A stretch of DNA of 14,312 nt from Candidatus Aenigmatarchaeota archaeon (GTDB lineage: Archaea; Aenigmatarchaeota; Aenigmatarchaeia; QMZP01), in the NCBI GenBank assembly GCA_039091855.1, contig JAWCLA010000007.1, positions 1,093 through 15,404 on the forward strand, written 5' to 3'. The position numbers and the translations under genes are program-made. The notes below the pieces were generated by a model. It was not told where the DNA came from, did no database searches, and saw nothing but the letters and a program-made list of their open reading frames with translations. Shown here piece by piece: positions 1 through 7,751 of this stretch (position 1 is its first letter; each line of letters opens with the position of its first letter).

Positions 1-110
1 GGCTTTATTGTCGTGAATGGATAGCTCGCTATCTCCACGTCCGCAAGTGTTAAGGCCTTGAAGAAGGTTGATTTTCCTGAATTCGGGCAGCCTACAATTC
101 CCACGAGCAT
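1..110 (-). CDS. ychF: Obg-family YchF ATPase/GTPase, N-terminal part (runs off the window start)
   Basis: Manual translation from ATG at 110: [36 protein letters not shown]. Has the P-loop GxPNxGKST and the switch-I YPFTT typical of YchF/Obg. Not in the ORF track because it is truncated. Confidence 0.9.
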   Translation of the reverse strand, partial: MLVGIVGCPNSGKSTFFKALTLADVEIASYPFTTIK

Positions 111-153
111 AAGGTTATTTTAAAACAAAGGCATAAATAAAAGGCAGGTTCAA

Positions 154-579
154 ATGGCGAAAATTCCCGTTCAGAAAATCCTTCCCGTCCTTTTCGTTGC
201 AGAAACCGCTTTCCTTTTGTATATGTCCTTCCAGCCAAGTTACGCTGTTCACACTTTTCGCATACCATTTCTCAGGGAAGGTGATATGGAGCATTTTGTT
301 GCATATGCCCTTTACGGTATCCTTAGCTCCGGAACCATATCTGTATTTTCTGGTAGGAATAAGGTTGTGGCCCCTTTGTGGTGCGGGATTTTTGCAGGTA
401 TGACCGAATTCATCCAGTCCTTTGTTCCCACAAGGTTTTCAGACCCGATGGACTGGGTTGTGGATTTCACAGGCTCCGGAATAGGAATAATTCTCTTTGA
501 AGGGGTTTTAAAGAAACAACTCACTTCTTCTTTATCTGCAAATAAAACTCAGTCTGAGCCTTTAAAGAGAAAGCCCTGA
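154..579 (+). CDS. VanZ-like family membrane protein
   Basis: 141 aa, hydrophobic. Motifs EHFVAY, TEFIQSFVPTR and DWVVDFTG match the VanZ-like pattern HxxxY...ExxQxxxPxR...D. Confidence 0.8.
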   Translation: MAKIPVQKILPVLFVAETAFLLYMSFQPSYAVHTFRIPFLREGDMEHFVAYALYGILSSGTISVFSGRNKVVAPLWCGIFAGMTEFIQSFVPTRFSDPMDWVVDFTGSGIGIILFEGVLKKQLTSSLSANKTQSEPLKRKP

Positions 580-1336
580 CTATAGCCAATCCTACGAGAA
601 GAATTGCACCCGAAAGAATGAAAAGGCTGAGCTGGTTCTTAACTGCGATTGCGAGGCTTACGAGGCTTCCAGCGTCTATTGTTTGGAAGCTTCCTCCGTA
701 TATTCCCAAAACATTCCACAAAGTGTTTATTGTGAGAGCCAGCAACGGAAGGGCAAAGACAAGAAGAAGAATTAATGAAAATGCCGATATTATGAGCCAC
801 ATCAAAAACACATGAAATGGTTTTTTCCTGAAGATTTTCCAAGAGTCCCTGATTGCTGAAATAATCCCGCTTTTGCTTATCACAACGCTCTGAAGGGTGA
901 AAAGGAAAACGAGCGAGAAGAGTATCGCGATAATCCAGCCGACATAGGGAATCATGCTAACCGCGAAAGAGATTATTCCTGTAATCATGAGAACTCCTAA
1001 AAGCGAAAGATATCTGCCTGCCGAAACCCCCCAGCTTTTGGCGAACTCTTTCTCCTTGTAACTCTGGTGTATTACAGCTCCTGTAACCCAAAGGGTAACC
1101 AAAACCCATCCTATGAAAAGACCAATAATAGTCAGCAACGTGTTGACAAGGGGCACCAGCATTTCAGGGCTTTCTGCTGCCATTATTATGTAGATAAAAT
1201 ATTCCATATTCTGGAAAATCAGGAAAAGAGCTGCTGAGATAAACGCAAGGTCAATAATGAAGAATGGCAGCCATCTCTTCGGCTCTATGCAAAAGGCAAT
1301 GGCTCTTTTGAACGCCTGCAAAAAATCAACGCTCAT
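521..1336 (-). CDS. Hypothetical polytopic membrane protein (about 6 TM helices)
   Basis: 271-aa ORF with several long hydrophobic segments. TATA-like TTTATAAA lies about 22-29 nt upstream of the ATG. Converges on and overlaps the VanZ-like ORF by 59 bp. Confidence 0.8.
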   Translation of the reverse strand: MSVDFLQAFKRAIAFCIEPKRWLPFFIIDLAFISAALFLIFQNMEYFIYIIMAAESPEMLVPLVNTLLTIIGLFIGWVLVTLWVTGAVIHQSYKEKEFAKSWGVSAGRYLSLLGVLMITGIISFAVSMIPYVGWIIAILFSLVFLFTLQSVVISKSGIISAIRDSWKIFRKKPFHVFLMWLIISAFSLILLLVFALPLLALTINTLWNVLGIYGGSFQTIDAGSLVSLAIAVKNQLSLFILSGAILLVGLAIVRAFSLKAQTEFYLQIKKK

Positions 1337-1357
1337 ACTAAATATTTGGAAGGGTTA

Positions 1358-1365
1358 TTTATAAA
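1358..1365 (-). promoter_or_regulatory. Archaeal TATA box for the 1336 gene (likely leaderless transcript)
   Basis: TTTATAAA at canonical spacing from the start codon at 1336. Confidence 0.55.
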
Positions 1366-1391
1366 CAAAACCCCTTATGAGCCCGGAGGGA

Positions 1392-1480
1392 TTTTCGCAA
1401 AACAATCTTTTATTTGAATCGATTTCATAGCTCAGGTAAAGTTTTTGGCATCCAAAGGCTTTTTTGAAAAAAGCCTTTGT
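1392..1480 (-). other. tRNA intron 3, T-loop position 59/60 (89 nt)
   Basis: Strict BHB: central helix UUCG/CGAA, bulges AA|A and AA|U, inner helix CAAA/UUUG, outer helix is the T-stem GAGGG/CCCUC. Confidence 0.9.
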
Positions 1481-1502
1481 TTCGAACCCTCGACACCCGG
1501 GT

Positions 1503-1553
1503 ATGTTCTGTCACCGGGCATAAAAGCCCTCAGCACGCTTTTAAATATGACAT
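1503..1553 (-). other. tRNA intron 2, canonical position 37/38 (51 nt)
   Basis: Bulges UA|A and AU|A, inner helix UGUCA/UGACA, central helix CUUU/GAAC (3 of 4 pairs, C32:C mismatch). The outer helix is the anticodon stem. Confidence 0.8.
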
Positions 1554-1560
1554 TAAAAGC

Positions 1561-1607
1561 TTCACCCGGAGACTGGATGGATGCTTTTCCATTCCAATCT
1601 TGCTTGA
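1561..1607 (-). other. tRNA intron 1, position 30/31 (47 nt)
   Basis: BHB: central helix CACC/GGUG, bulges GG|U and AA|G, outer helix GAG/CUU. Contains an internal hairpin AGAUUGG...CCAGUCU. Confidence 0.85.
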
Positions 1608-1702
1608 CCGGTGCTCTACCAGGCTGAGCTACGGGCCCGATTAGTAATATTAAGGTAAAGGTGGGTTAAAATGCTTTTATTCCCAAAAACGTCTAATTTT
1701 CT

Positions 1703-2584
1703 ATGGGCAAGATTGATGCCAAAACAATGGGAAAAATCCTCTCCTTCCAGAAAAACGAGATCACGGAGCACATAATATATTCAAGGCTTTCGCGTTCTGC
1801 AAAGGATCCTGAAAACAAGAAGCTCCTTGAAGGGATATCCAGAGACGAGCTTGCTCACTACAATTTTTGGAAGGGCATAACGGGAATGGAGGCAAAACCT
1901 TCAAAAATGAAGATATGGAAATACCTTCTGATTGCAAAGATTTTCGGCCTCACGTTTGGAATGAAGCTTATGGAGGGAGGCGAGGAGGGGGCGCAGGAAG
2001 CCTACGGAAAAATATCAAAGTCTGTCCCAAAGGCTATCAAAATCCTAAGGGACGAGGACAGGCACGAGCAGGAGCTCTTGGGAATGATAAGCGAGGAAAG
2101 GCTCAAGTATGTGGGCTCGATAGTTCTCGGCCTGAATGACGCGCTTGTCGAGCTGACGGGAACTCTTGCCGGCTTGACTTTCGCTTTCCAGAACACGCAG
2201 ATAATCTCTCTTGCAGGTCTCATAACAGGGATTGCGGCATCATTTTCAATGGGCGCGTCAGAGTATCTTTCAACAAAATCTGAGGAAACAGCAGAACTAA
2301 GGAGCCCGAAAAAGGCTTCTGCCTACACGACAATCGCATACATTCTGACCGTGCTGTTCCTGATATCTCCCTTCTTCCTCCTCTCGAACCACTTTCTCGC
2401 CCTTGCATTAACAATAGTAAACGCCCTGATAGTTATTTTCATATTCACCTTCTACATATCTGTCGCTAGAAGCCTTCCGTTCAGAAGAAGGTTCGCCGAG
2501 ATGGCGGCGATAAGCTTGGGAATAGCATCCATCACATTCCTCATAGGAATGCTCATAAGGGTTTTCCTTGGGATTGAGGTTTAG
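1703..2584 (+). CDS. Rubrerythrin/ferritin-like domain fused to VIT1/CCC1 transporter (MbfA-like iron transport protein)
   Basis: N-terminal di-iron ExxH motifs (DELAH, DEDRH). C-terminal VIT1 signatures SIVLGLNDALVE and SFSMGASEYLS, followed by TM helices. Confidence 0.9.
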   Translation: MGKIDAKTMGKILSFQKNEITEHIIYSRLSRSAKDPENKKLLEGISRDELAHYNFWKGITGMEAKPSKMKIWKYLLIAKIFGLTFGMKLMEGGEEGAQEAYGKISKSVPKAIKILRDEDRHEQELLGMISEERLKYVGSIVLGLNDALVELTGTLAGLTFAFQNTQIISLAGLITGIAASFSMGASEYLSTKSEETAELRSPKKASAYTTIAYILTVLFLISPFFLLSNHFLALALTIVNALIVIFIFTFYISVARSLPFRRRFAEMAAISLGIASITFLIGMLIRVFLGIEV

Positions 2585-2753
2585 TCCGTGAGAAATAATC
2601 CTCAATACCGTCCATCAAATCCTCTTTTGATACGTCCGTTTTCATCAGGATGTTGTAAACCCTGTTGAGGGCGGTTTTGTAGCCTTTGGCAAAATCTATA
2701 CTGTTTTGCCCAGCTTCACTTTCCAGAATCTCTGCAATTGTTTTTCTTTTCAT
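2553..2753 (-). CDS. Small hypothetical protein (66 aa)
   Basis: ATG lies 10 nt after the ileS stop on the same strand, and the sequence has a protein-like helical composition. Fills an otherwise empty gap and overlaps the VIT1 3' end by 32 bp. Confidence 0.55.
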   Translation of the reverse strand: MKRKTIAEILESEAGQNSIDFAKGYKTALNRVYNILMKTDVSKEDLMDGIEDYFSRTKPQSQGKPL

Positions 2754-2762
2754 AAACCTTCG

Positions 2763-5708
2763 CTATGCCTTGACGTCAAACCAAATCCTAACTCTTGAGC
2801 CTTCGAATTCCAGAACTCCCTTCTCCCTTTTTAGCTTTTCAAACCTCAACGAATCGGCACCAACGCCTTCAACAATTTCTTCCTTTGATGAATGAAGCTT
2901 TTCCTGCGTTTTAGGGTCAGTTTCCAAAAACAAAGATATTCTTTGAGTTACCTTTAAACCATCTTCCTTTCTCAGCATCTGAACCTTTCGCACAAGCTCC
3001 CTTACCAGAGCCTCGTTCATAAGCACTTCACCAATAACGAATTCCCCATACTCAAACTTCCTGCCGTTCCCAAGCTTTTGGGAAACCCTTACGTTCCTGA
3101 CGTTTCCCATTTTCTGTATGATTTGGGAAAGCCTTTTCACAGCCTCCTCTGTTTTTTTGTCCTTTGGCAAAACATGAATTTCCAACACAGGCCACTTAAG
3201 CTTTATGCCTGCCTCCTGCCTCGCGAAATTCACAGCCTCTATAAGAGAATCCACTATCTTCATCTGCTCCTCAAGCTTGGTGTCAATCATTTTCCTTTCA
3301 GGTTTTGGCCATTTTGAAAGTTGGACTGACTCCTCTTTGAAAAGCCTTGTATGTATCCTTTCAGAAATGAATGGCGTGATTGGAGCCATAAGCCTTACCA
3401 ACCTGTAGAGGACATATCTGCAGGTTATCTGTGCAGGCTTCTTGTCACTCCCTTCATACCAGGGAGATACCCTGTCCCTTATCAACTTTATGTACCACCT
3501 GGAAAAATCGTTCAGAATGAAATCAGCAAGCGAGCGTGAGGCAGAGTTCAGCCTGAAATTCTCTATGTCTTCGGTGACTTTTTCTATAAGACAGTTCACC
3601 CTTGAGACTATCCACCTGTCCTCGAGAGAAAGGTTTTCGGGCAGTTCGCCGTCCTGCTGGCAATAGGTTTCAGTGAAAACGTAAGTGTTCCATAGCACGT
3701 TCAAGACCCTGTGAAGCTCTTTCGCGTTTGACATGTTGAATTTCTGGGTGTCCCAGGGGGCAGTGTCATAACAATAGTAAAGCCTCAAAAGGTCTGAACC
3801 GAGAAGGTTTCTCGCTTCCTTTGCGTCAACCACGTTACCGAGCGACTTGCTCATCTTCTCTCCCCTTTCGTCGAGAGTCCAGCCATTCAGGCAGACTGTC
3901 TCGTAAGGTGCCCTGTCAAAGACAGAGAAGCCGCACATCATAAGGCTGTAAAACCATCCCCTTATCTGGTCCTGGCTCTCGTCTACCAAGTCAACGGGCC
4001 AAAGTTTTTTGAAAAGCTCCCTGTTCCTGAACGGGTATCCTATGGAAGCCCACGGCGATATTCCGGAATCAAACCAGACATCCATTATGTCTTTAACTCT
4101 TTCCATCTTTCCACCGCAAACACATGGGATTGAAATTTTGTCAACACTGTCCTTGTGCAGGTCTGAAACCTTTTTTCCTGAAGCTTTCTCAAGCTCCCTT
4201 TTTGAGCCTATCACTGTTTTTTTCCCGCACTTTTTGCACACCCAAATTGGTATGGGTATCCCCCAATACCTCTGCCTCGTTATTGCCCAGTCAGGCGCTT
4301 CGGCAATAAGGTCCGAGAACCTCTCCCTCCCGAATTCAGGAAGCCACCTGACCTTTTTGTTCTCCCTGAGTATTTTCTCCCTTATCGGGTCAAGCCTCAG
4401 ATACCACTGATTGCTCATTCTATATATCAGGGGAGACTTGCACCTCCAGCAGAGAGGGTAGGAGTGGACTATTTTTTCCGAAACAAGGAGTTTTCCTCTC
4501 CTTTCCAGTTCTTCTATTATCATCGGGTCAGCCCTTTTCACAAAAATCCCCGCAAACCTCCCAGCCTCTTTTGTTAGCTTTCCTGAGTCGTCAACAGGGG
4601 AGGGCTCTGGAAGCCCGTAATGCCTTCCAAGCTTGTTGTCAACATCCCCGTGTCCGGGCGCTATGTGAACAAGCCCTGAGCCTGTTTCCATGTCAACTAC
4701 GTGCCCGAACTCATCTCCTGACTCAACCACCCTTTTTGTCAACGTCTTTGAGGCAACCCTCTTCTTCATTATCGGGATTGACAGTATAACCCTGTGCGCC
4801 TTTGGATTACTTTTCAGCTCCTCCTGAAGCGGGACGTCAAGGGCGGGCTCATATCTCAACCCTTCCAGTTTTTTCCCAGGAAATTTTTCAATAACGGAGT
4901 AACCGATTTCAAGCCTGTGAAGAATTTCCAGTCTTTTCTCTGCAAGAATTAGTATCTCTCCACTTCCTGTCCTGACCCTGACATAGCTTTCTTCAGGGTG
5001 TGCGCATATCGCAACGTTGGCAGGAAGCGTCCACGGGGTCGTTGTCCAGACAAGGAGGTATTCCTTGTCGGAATTTTTGACAGGGAACTTTATGTAGATT
5101 GAAGGGTCTTCTATGTTCTTGTAAGAGTCAGTGACCTCATACCCTGAAAGGACGGTCTCGCAGTGAGGGCACCAGAAGCTCGGTCTCGTTCCTTCTGACA
5201 AAAGAGACTTCTCATACATCCTTTTCACTGTCCACCATCCACTTTCAAGGTAGTAATCCTTGTATGTAAGGTACGGCTCAACCCACCCTCTCCAAGCTCC
5301 CAGTTCCTTGTACAGCTCCATCCATAGATGGAGGTTCTGTTCCGCAAGGCTCTTGCACTCCTTTATGAAGTTCTCTATCCCTATCTTCTCCTCTATGTCC
5401 TTCTTTGACTTTATGCCGAGTTTCTTTTCCACTGCATTCTCTATTGGCAAACCTGAACAGTCAAAGCCGGGCTGGAACCAGACAGAAAATCCCTGCATGT
5501 ACTTGAACTTTCCCCATATGTCCTTGAATGTGGTTGTTTTTATGTGACCCACGTGTGGTATTCCATTAACATAAGGCGGGCCGTCCAGCAGGTAGAATTT
5601 CTTTCCCCCTCTCCGCGAGAAGTCAACAATCCTTTCTGGAATCTTGTTTCTCTTCCAGTAATCTTGGACTTCCTTTTCTATTTTCTTATGATCATATGGC
5701 TCGTTCAT
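2763..5708 (-). CDS. ileS: Isoleucyl-tRNA synthetase
   Basis: 981 aa with DGPPY, HIGH-like PHVGH, editing motifs WTTTPWTLPAN and GSGLVHIAPGHG, DWAITRQRYWG, DQIRGWF and KMSKSLGN. Confidence 0.95.
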   Translation of the reverse strand: MNEPYDHKKIEKEVQDYWKRNKIPERIVDFSRRGGKKFYLLDGPPYVNGIPHVGHIKTTTFKDIWGKFKYMQGFSVWFQPGFDCSGLPIENAVEKKLGIKSKKDIEEKIGIENFIKECKSLAEQNLHLWMELYKELGAWRGWVEPYLTYKDYYLESGWWTVKRMYEKSLLSEGTRPSFWCPHCETVLSGYEVTDSYKNIEDPSIYIKFPVKNSDKEYLLVWTTTPWTLPANVAICAHPEESYVRVRTGSGEILILAEKRLEILHRLEIGYSVIEKFPGKKLEGLRYEPALDVPLQEELKSNPKAHRVILSIPIMKKRVASKTLTKRVVESGDEFGHVVDMETGSGLVHIAPGHGDVDNKLGRHYGLPEPSPVDDSGKLTKEAGRFAGIFVKRADPMIIEELERRGKLLVSEKIVHSYPLCWRCKSPLIYRMSNQWYLRLDPIREKILRENKKVRWLPEFGRERFSDLIAEAPDWAITRQRYWGIPIPIWVCKKCGKKTVIGSKRELEKASGKKVSDLHKDSVDKISIPCVCGGKMERVKDIMDVWFDSGISPWASIGYPFRNRELFKKLWPVDLVDESQDQIRGWFYSLMMCGFSVFDRAPYETVCLNGWTLDERGEKMSKSLGNVVDAKEARNLLGSDLLRLYYCYDTAPWDTQKFNMSNAKELHRVLNVLWNTYVFTETYCQQDGELPENLSLEDRWIVSRVNCLIEKVTEDIENFRLNSASRSLADFILNDFSRWYIKLIRDRVSPWYEGSDKKPAQITCRYVLYRLVRLMAPITPFISERIHTRLFKEESVQLSKWPKPERKMIDTKLEEQMKIVDSLIEAVNFARQEAGIKLKWPVLEIHVLPKDKKTEEAVKRLSQIIQKMGNVRNVRVSQKLGNGRKFEYGEFVIGEVLMNEALVRELVRKVQMLRKEDGLKVTQRISLFLETDPKTQEKLHSSKEEIVEGVGADSLRFEKLKREKGVLEFEGSRVRIWFDVKA

Positions 5709-5824
5709 AAAACCATCTGCAAACAGGAATAGATAATTATGTAGAATTGAAATTAAAAGTCTTTAGGTGAGCCTTGATCGTATTTTTAACTCAAACATAA
5801 AAATCCAGCCATACAATTAATCCT

Positions 5825-7033
5825 ATGAAAACCCCTTGGACAGAAAAGCACAAGCCAGCAAAGGTTTCCGAGATAGTTGGACAGCCAAAGGCTGTTTCGG
5901 AGTTCCTCTCGTTTATCGAATCCTTCACTCCGGGAAAGGCGCTTATGCTAACAGGGCCTTCCGGAACAGGAAAAACCCTTCTTGCAGAAACCATCGCGAA
6001 GGAAAGGAATTTGCTGCTTCTACAACTTAACGCCTCTGACAGCAGGAAAGCGGAAGACATTCTGGGATTTTTTGAGGATTCATCAAGGACAAGGTCGCTC
6101 TTCCACAAGGGAAAGCTCATCCTCATAGATGAGGTGGACGGGATTTCTGGAAACGACAAAGGAGCAGTTTCGGCAATATTAAAGATAATAAGGCAGTCAT
6201 CCTTTCCTGTGATACTGATATCTAACGACCCCTGGTCAGAAAAGCTAAGGCCATTGAGACCCTATGTTAAGACAGTGAAGTTTTCAAAAATCCACCAGGC
6301 ATCTGTTGAGAAAAGGTTGAGGGAGATATGCGAGAGGGAGAAAATATCAGTAAAGGGAAATGTACTAAAAGACCTGGCGAGGTGGTCTCAGGGAGACCTC
6401 CGCTCCGCGATAAACGACCTGCAGACCATTGCCGAAGGAAAGAGTGAAATATCCGAAACTGACTTGGAAATTCTCGGCTACAGGGAAAGGGAATCCTCGA
6501 TATTTGAAATCCTTCCAACGCTTTTCAAGTCAAGGAGCATATCAGCATCAAGGAGGGCTATACAGTCAGCGGACAAGGACATAGACGATATATTCCTGTG
6601 GGTTGAGAACAACATACCCCGGGAGTTTCCCACGGAAAAGCTCGCCGATGCCTATGAACTGGTATCAAAGGCGGACATCTTCCGCAACAGGACAATTGTC
6701 CAGCAGAACTGGAGGTTCAAGGCAATAATGTCAGACCTTGTTGCAGGAATATCTGTTGTAAAGGGGGAGGCGCACGCACCTCACGGCTTTATGATGTACC
6801 AGCCTCCACAGAAGCTTTCAATGATGGGAGAAGCGAGAGGGAAAAGGACAGAAATGGATGCCCTGTGCAAAAAAATAGGAGAATTTACCCACTCGTCCAA
6901 AAGGGTTGTGAGAAGGGACTACCTGCCCTTCCTTAAAATCATCCTGAAAAAAGGTGAAAATCACACAAAATCAGATTTCTCAATAAACTTCACGAAGGAA
7001 GAAGTTGAGATGATAGCAAGTCAAACCTGTTAG
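5825..7033 (+). CDS. rfcL: Replication factor C large subunit
   Basis: PWTEKHKP (RFC box II), Walker A GPSGTGKT, LNASD, Walker B LIDEVDG, GDLRSAINDLQ, and the large-subunit C-terminal region WVENNIP...ADIF. Confidence 0.93.
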   Translation: MKTPWTEKHKPAKVSEIVGQPKAVSEFLSFIESFTPGKALMLTGPSGTGKTLLAETIAKERNLLLLQLNASDSRKAEDILGFFEDSSRTRSLFHKGKLILIDEVDGISGNDKGAVSAILKIIRQSSFPVILISNDPWSEKLRPLRPYVKTVKFSKIHQASVEKRLREICEREKISVKGNVLKDLARWSQGDLRSAINDLQTIAEGKSEISETDLEILGYRERESSIFEILPTLFKSRSISASRRAIQSADKDIDDIFLWVENNIPREFPTEKLADAYELVSKADIFRNRTIVQQNWRFKAIMSDLVAGISVVKGEAHAPHGFMMYQPPQKLSMMGEARGKRTEMDALCKKIGEFTHSSKRVVRRDYLPFLKIILKKGENHTKSDFSINFTKEEVEMIASQTC

Positions 7034-7719
7034 CTTCCTCTGCCCGTGATTTTACCAAAAAACGAACTCAACAGGGTTTGCTGCCTTTTCTCCACAAGAA
7101 CCTCTGATGTTATCCAGCTCTTTCTCGCGCAGTCAGGCAGTTCCTTGTGGGTTTTCATCCATTCCTCAAGCCATTTCTTGGTTACAGGGTCACTTGTGTA
7201 GCCAGAGCCTATCTCTCCATATTGCTTCTTCAGGCTCTCTATCTTCCTGTCCCTCTCCACCTTTGCTATTATCGAGGCAGCCCCGACGACAGGGTATTTC
7301 CTGTCCGCAAAGTGCTCAACCACTATTTCCATTCCTTCGGGGGACATTTTTTTCAGGTATCCGTGGAGTTTTGTCAGGTTTGTGTCAGGCCCGTCTATGA
7401 AAGCCTTGCGCGGCTTGAGCAAATTTAGAATCTCGGCAAATTTTATTGCCTCAAGCCTGTTCAGGCTTATTCCCTGCTTCCTGTAGCTGTCAATCCTGCA
7501 GGCAGCAACCTCAAGAACAACTATTTGCGCGAGCTCCTCTATTTTTTTCGCGAGCTCCTCCCTTTTTGCTGGGGAGAGCATCTTTGAATCCTTAACCCCA
7601 AGTTTCCTGAACTCCTTCTCATTTTCAATGGGAATTGCCACCCCTGCTATCACGAGCGGTCCAAGAATGCATCCCCTTCCAGCCTCGTCAATTCCTGAAA
7701 TTATGAACTCATCCTGCAT
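7030..7719 (-). CDS. rnhB: Ribonuclease HII
   Basis: GIDEAGRGCILGPLV, DSKML, AASIIAKVERD and GSGYTSDP, plus a C-terminal PCNA-binding PIP box QTLLSSFF. ATG at 7719 is preferred over the TTG at 7734. Confidence 0.95.
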   Translation of the reverse strand: MQDEFIISGIDEAGRGCILGPLVIAGVAIPIENEKEFRKLGVKDSKMLSPAKREELAKKIEELAQIVVLEVAACRIDSYRKQGISLNRLEAIKFAEILNLLKPRKAFIDGPDTNLTKLHGYLKKMSPEGMEIVVEHFADRKYPVVGAASIIAKVERDRKIESLKKQYGEIGSGYTSDPVTKKWLEEWMKTHKELPDCARKSWITSEVLVEKRQQTLLSSFFGKITGRGS

Positions 7720-7751
7720 AATGATTATTTCCAAAAGGAGAAATAAATATC

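Larger units (their letters stand above)
1378..1638 (-). tRNA. tRNA-Lys(UUU) with three BHB introns; exons 1638-1608, 1560-1554, 1502-1481, 1391-1378
   Basis: The joined exons give a 74-nt cloverleaf: GGGCCCG TA GCTC AGCCTGGTA GAGC A CCGGG CT TTT AA CCCGG GTGTC GAGGG TTCGAAT CCCTC CGGGCTC A. All four stems pair (one G-U in the acceptor stem). Anticodon at 1557-1555. CCA is not encoded. Confidence 0.9.

Noticed and set aside
1420-1440. C/D box sRNA inside intron 3 (CUGA followed by AUGAAAU)
   Set aside because: The C'-like box matches RUGAUGA poorly, there is no terminal C/D pair, and no target complement was found.
1497-1510. Reading the tRNA as Met/Ile2 (CAU) using the CAT at 1505-1503
   Set aside because: The CAT is preceded by GAA rather than C32-U33, the stem register does not fit the CCGG 5' strand, and no BHB supports it. 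The Lys(UUU) reading satisfies all stems and all three BHB motifs.
1514-1529. Using the second GGGCTTTTA as the true anticodon exon
   Set aside because: No BHB-compatible helices flank it, whereas the 1560-1554 copy has CACC/GGUG upstream and UGUCA/UGACA downstream.
1445-1627. 60-aa plus-strand ORF
   Set aside because: It is antisense to the tRNA gene, starts with TTG and has no protein-like features.
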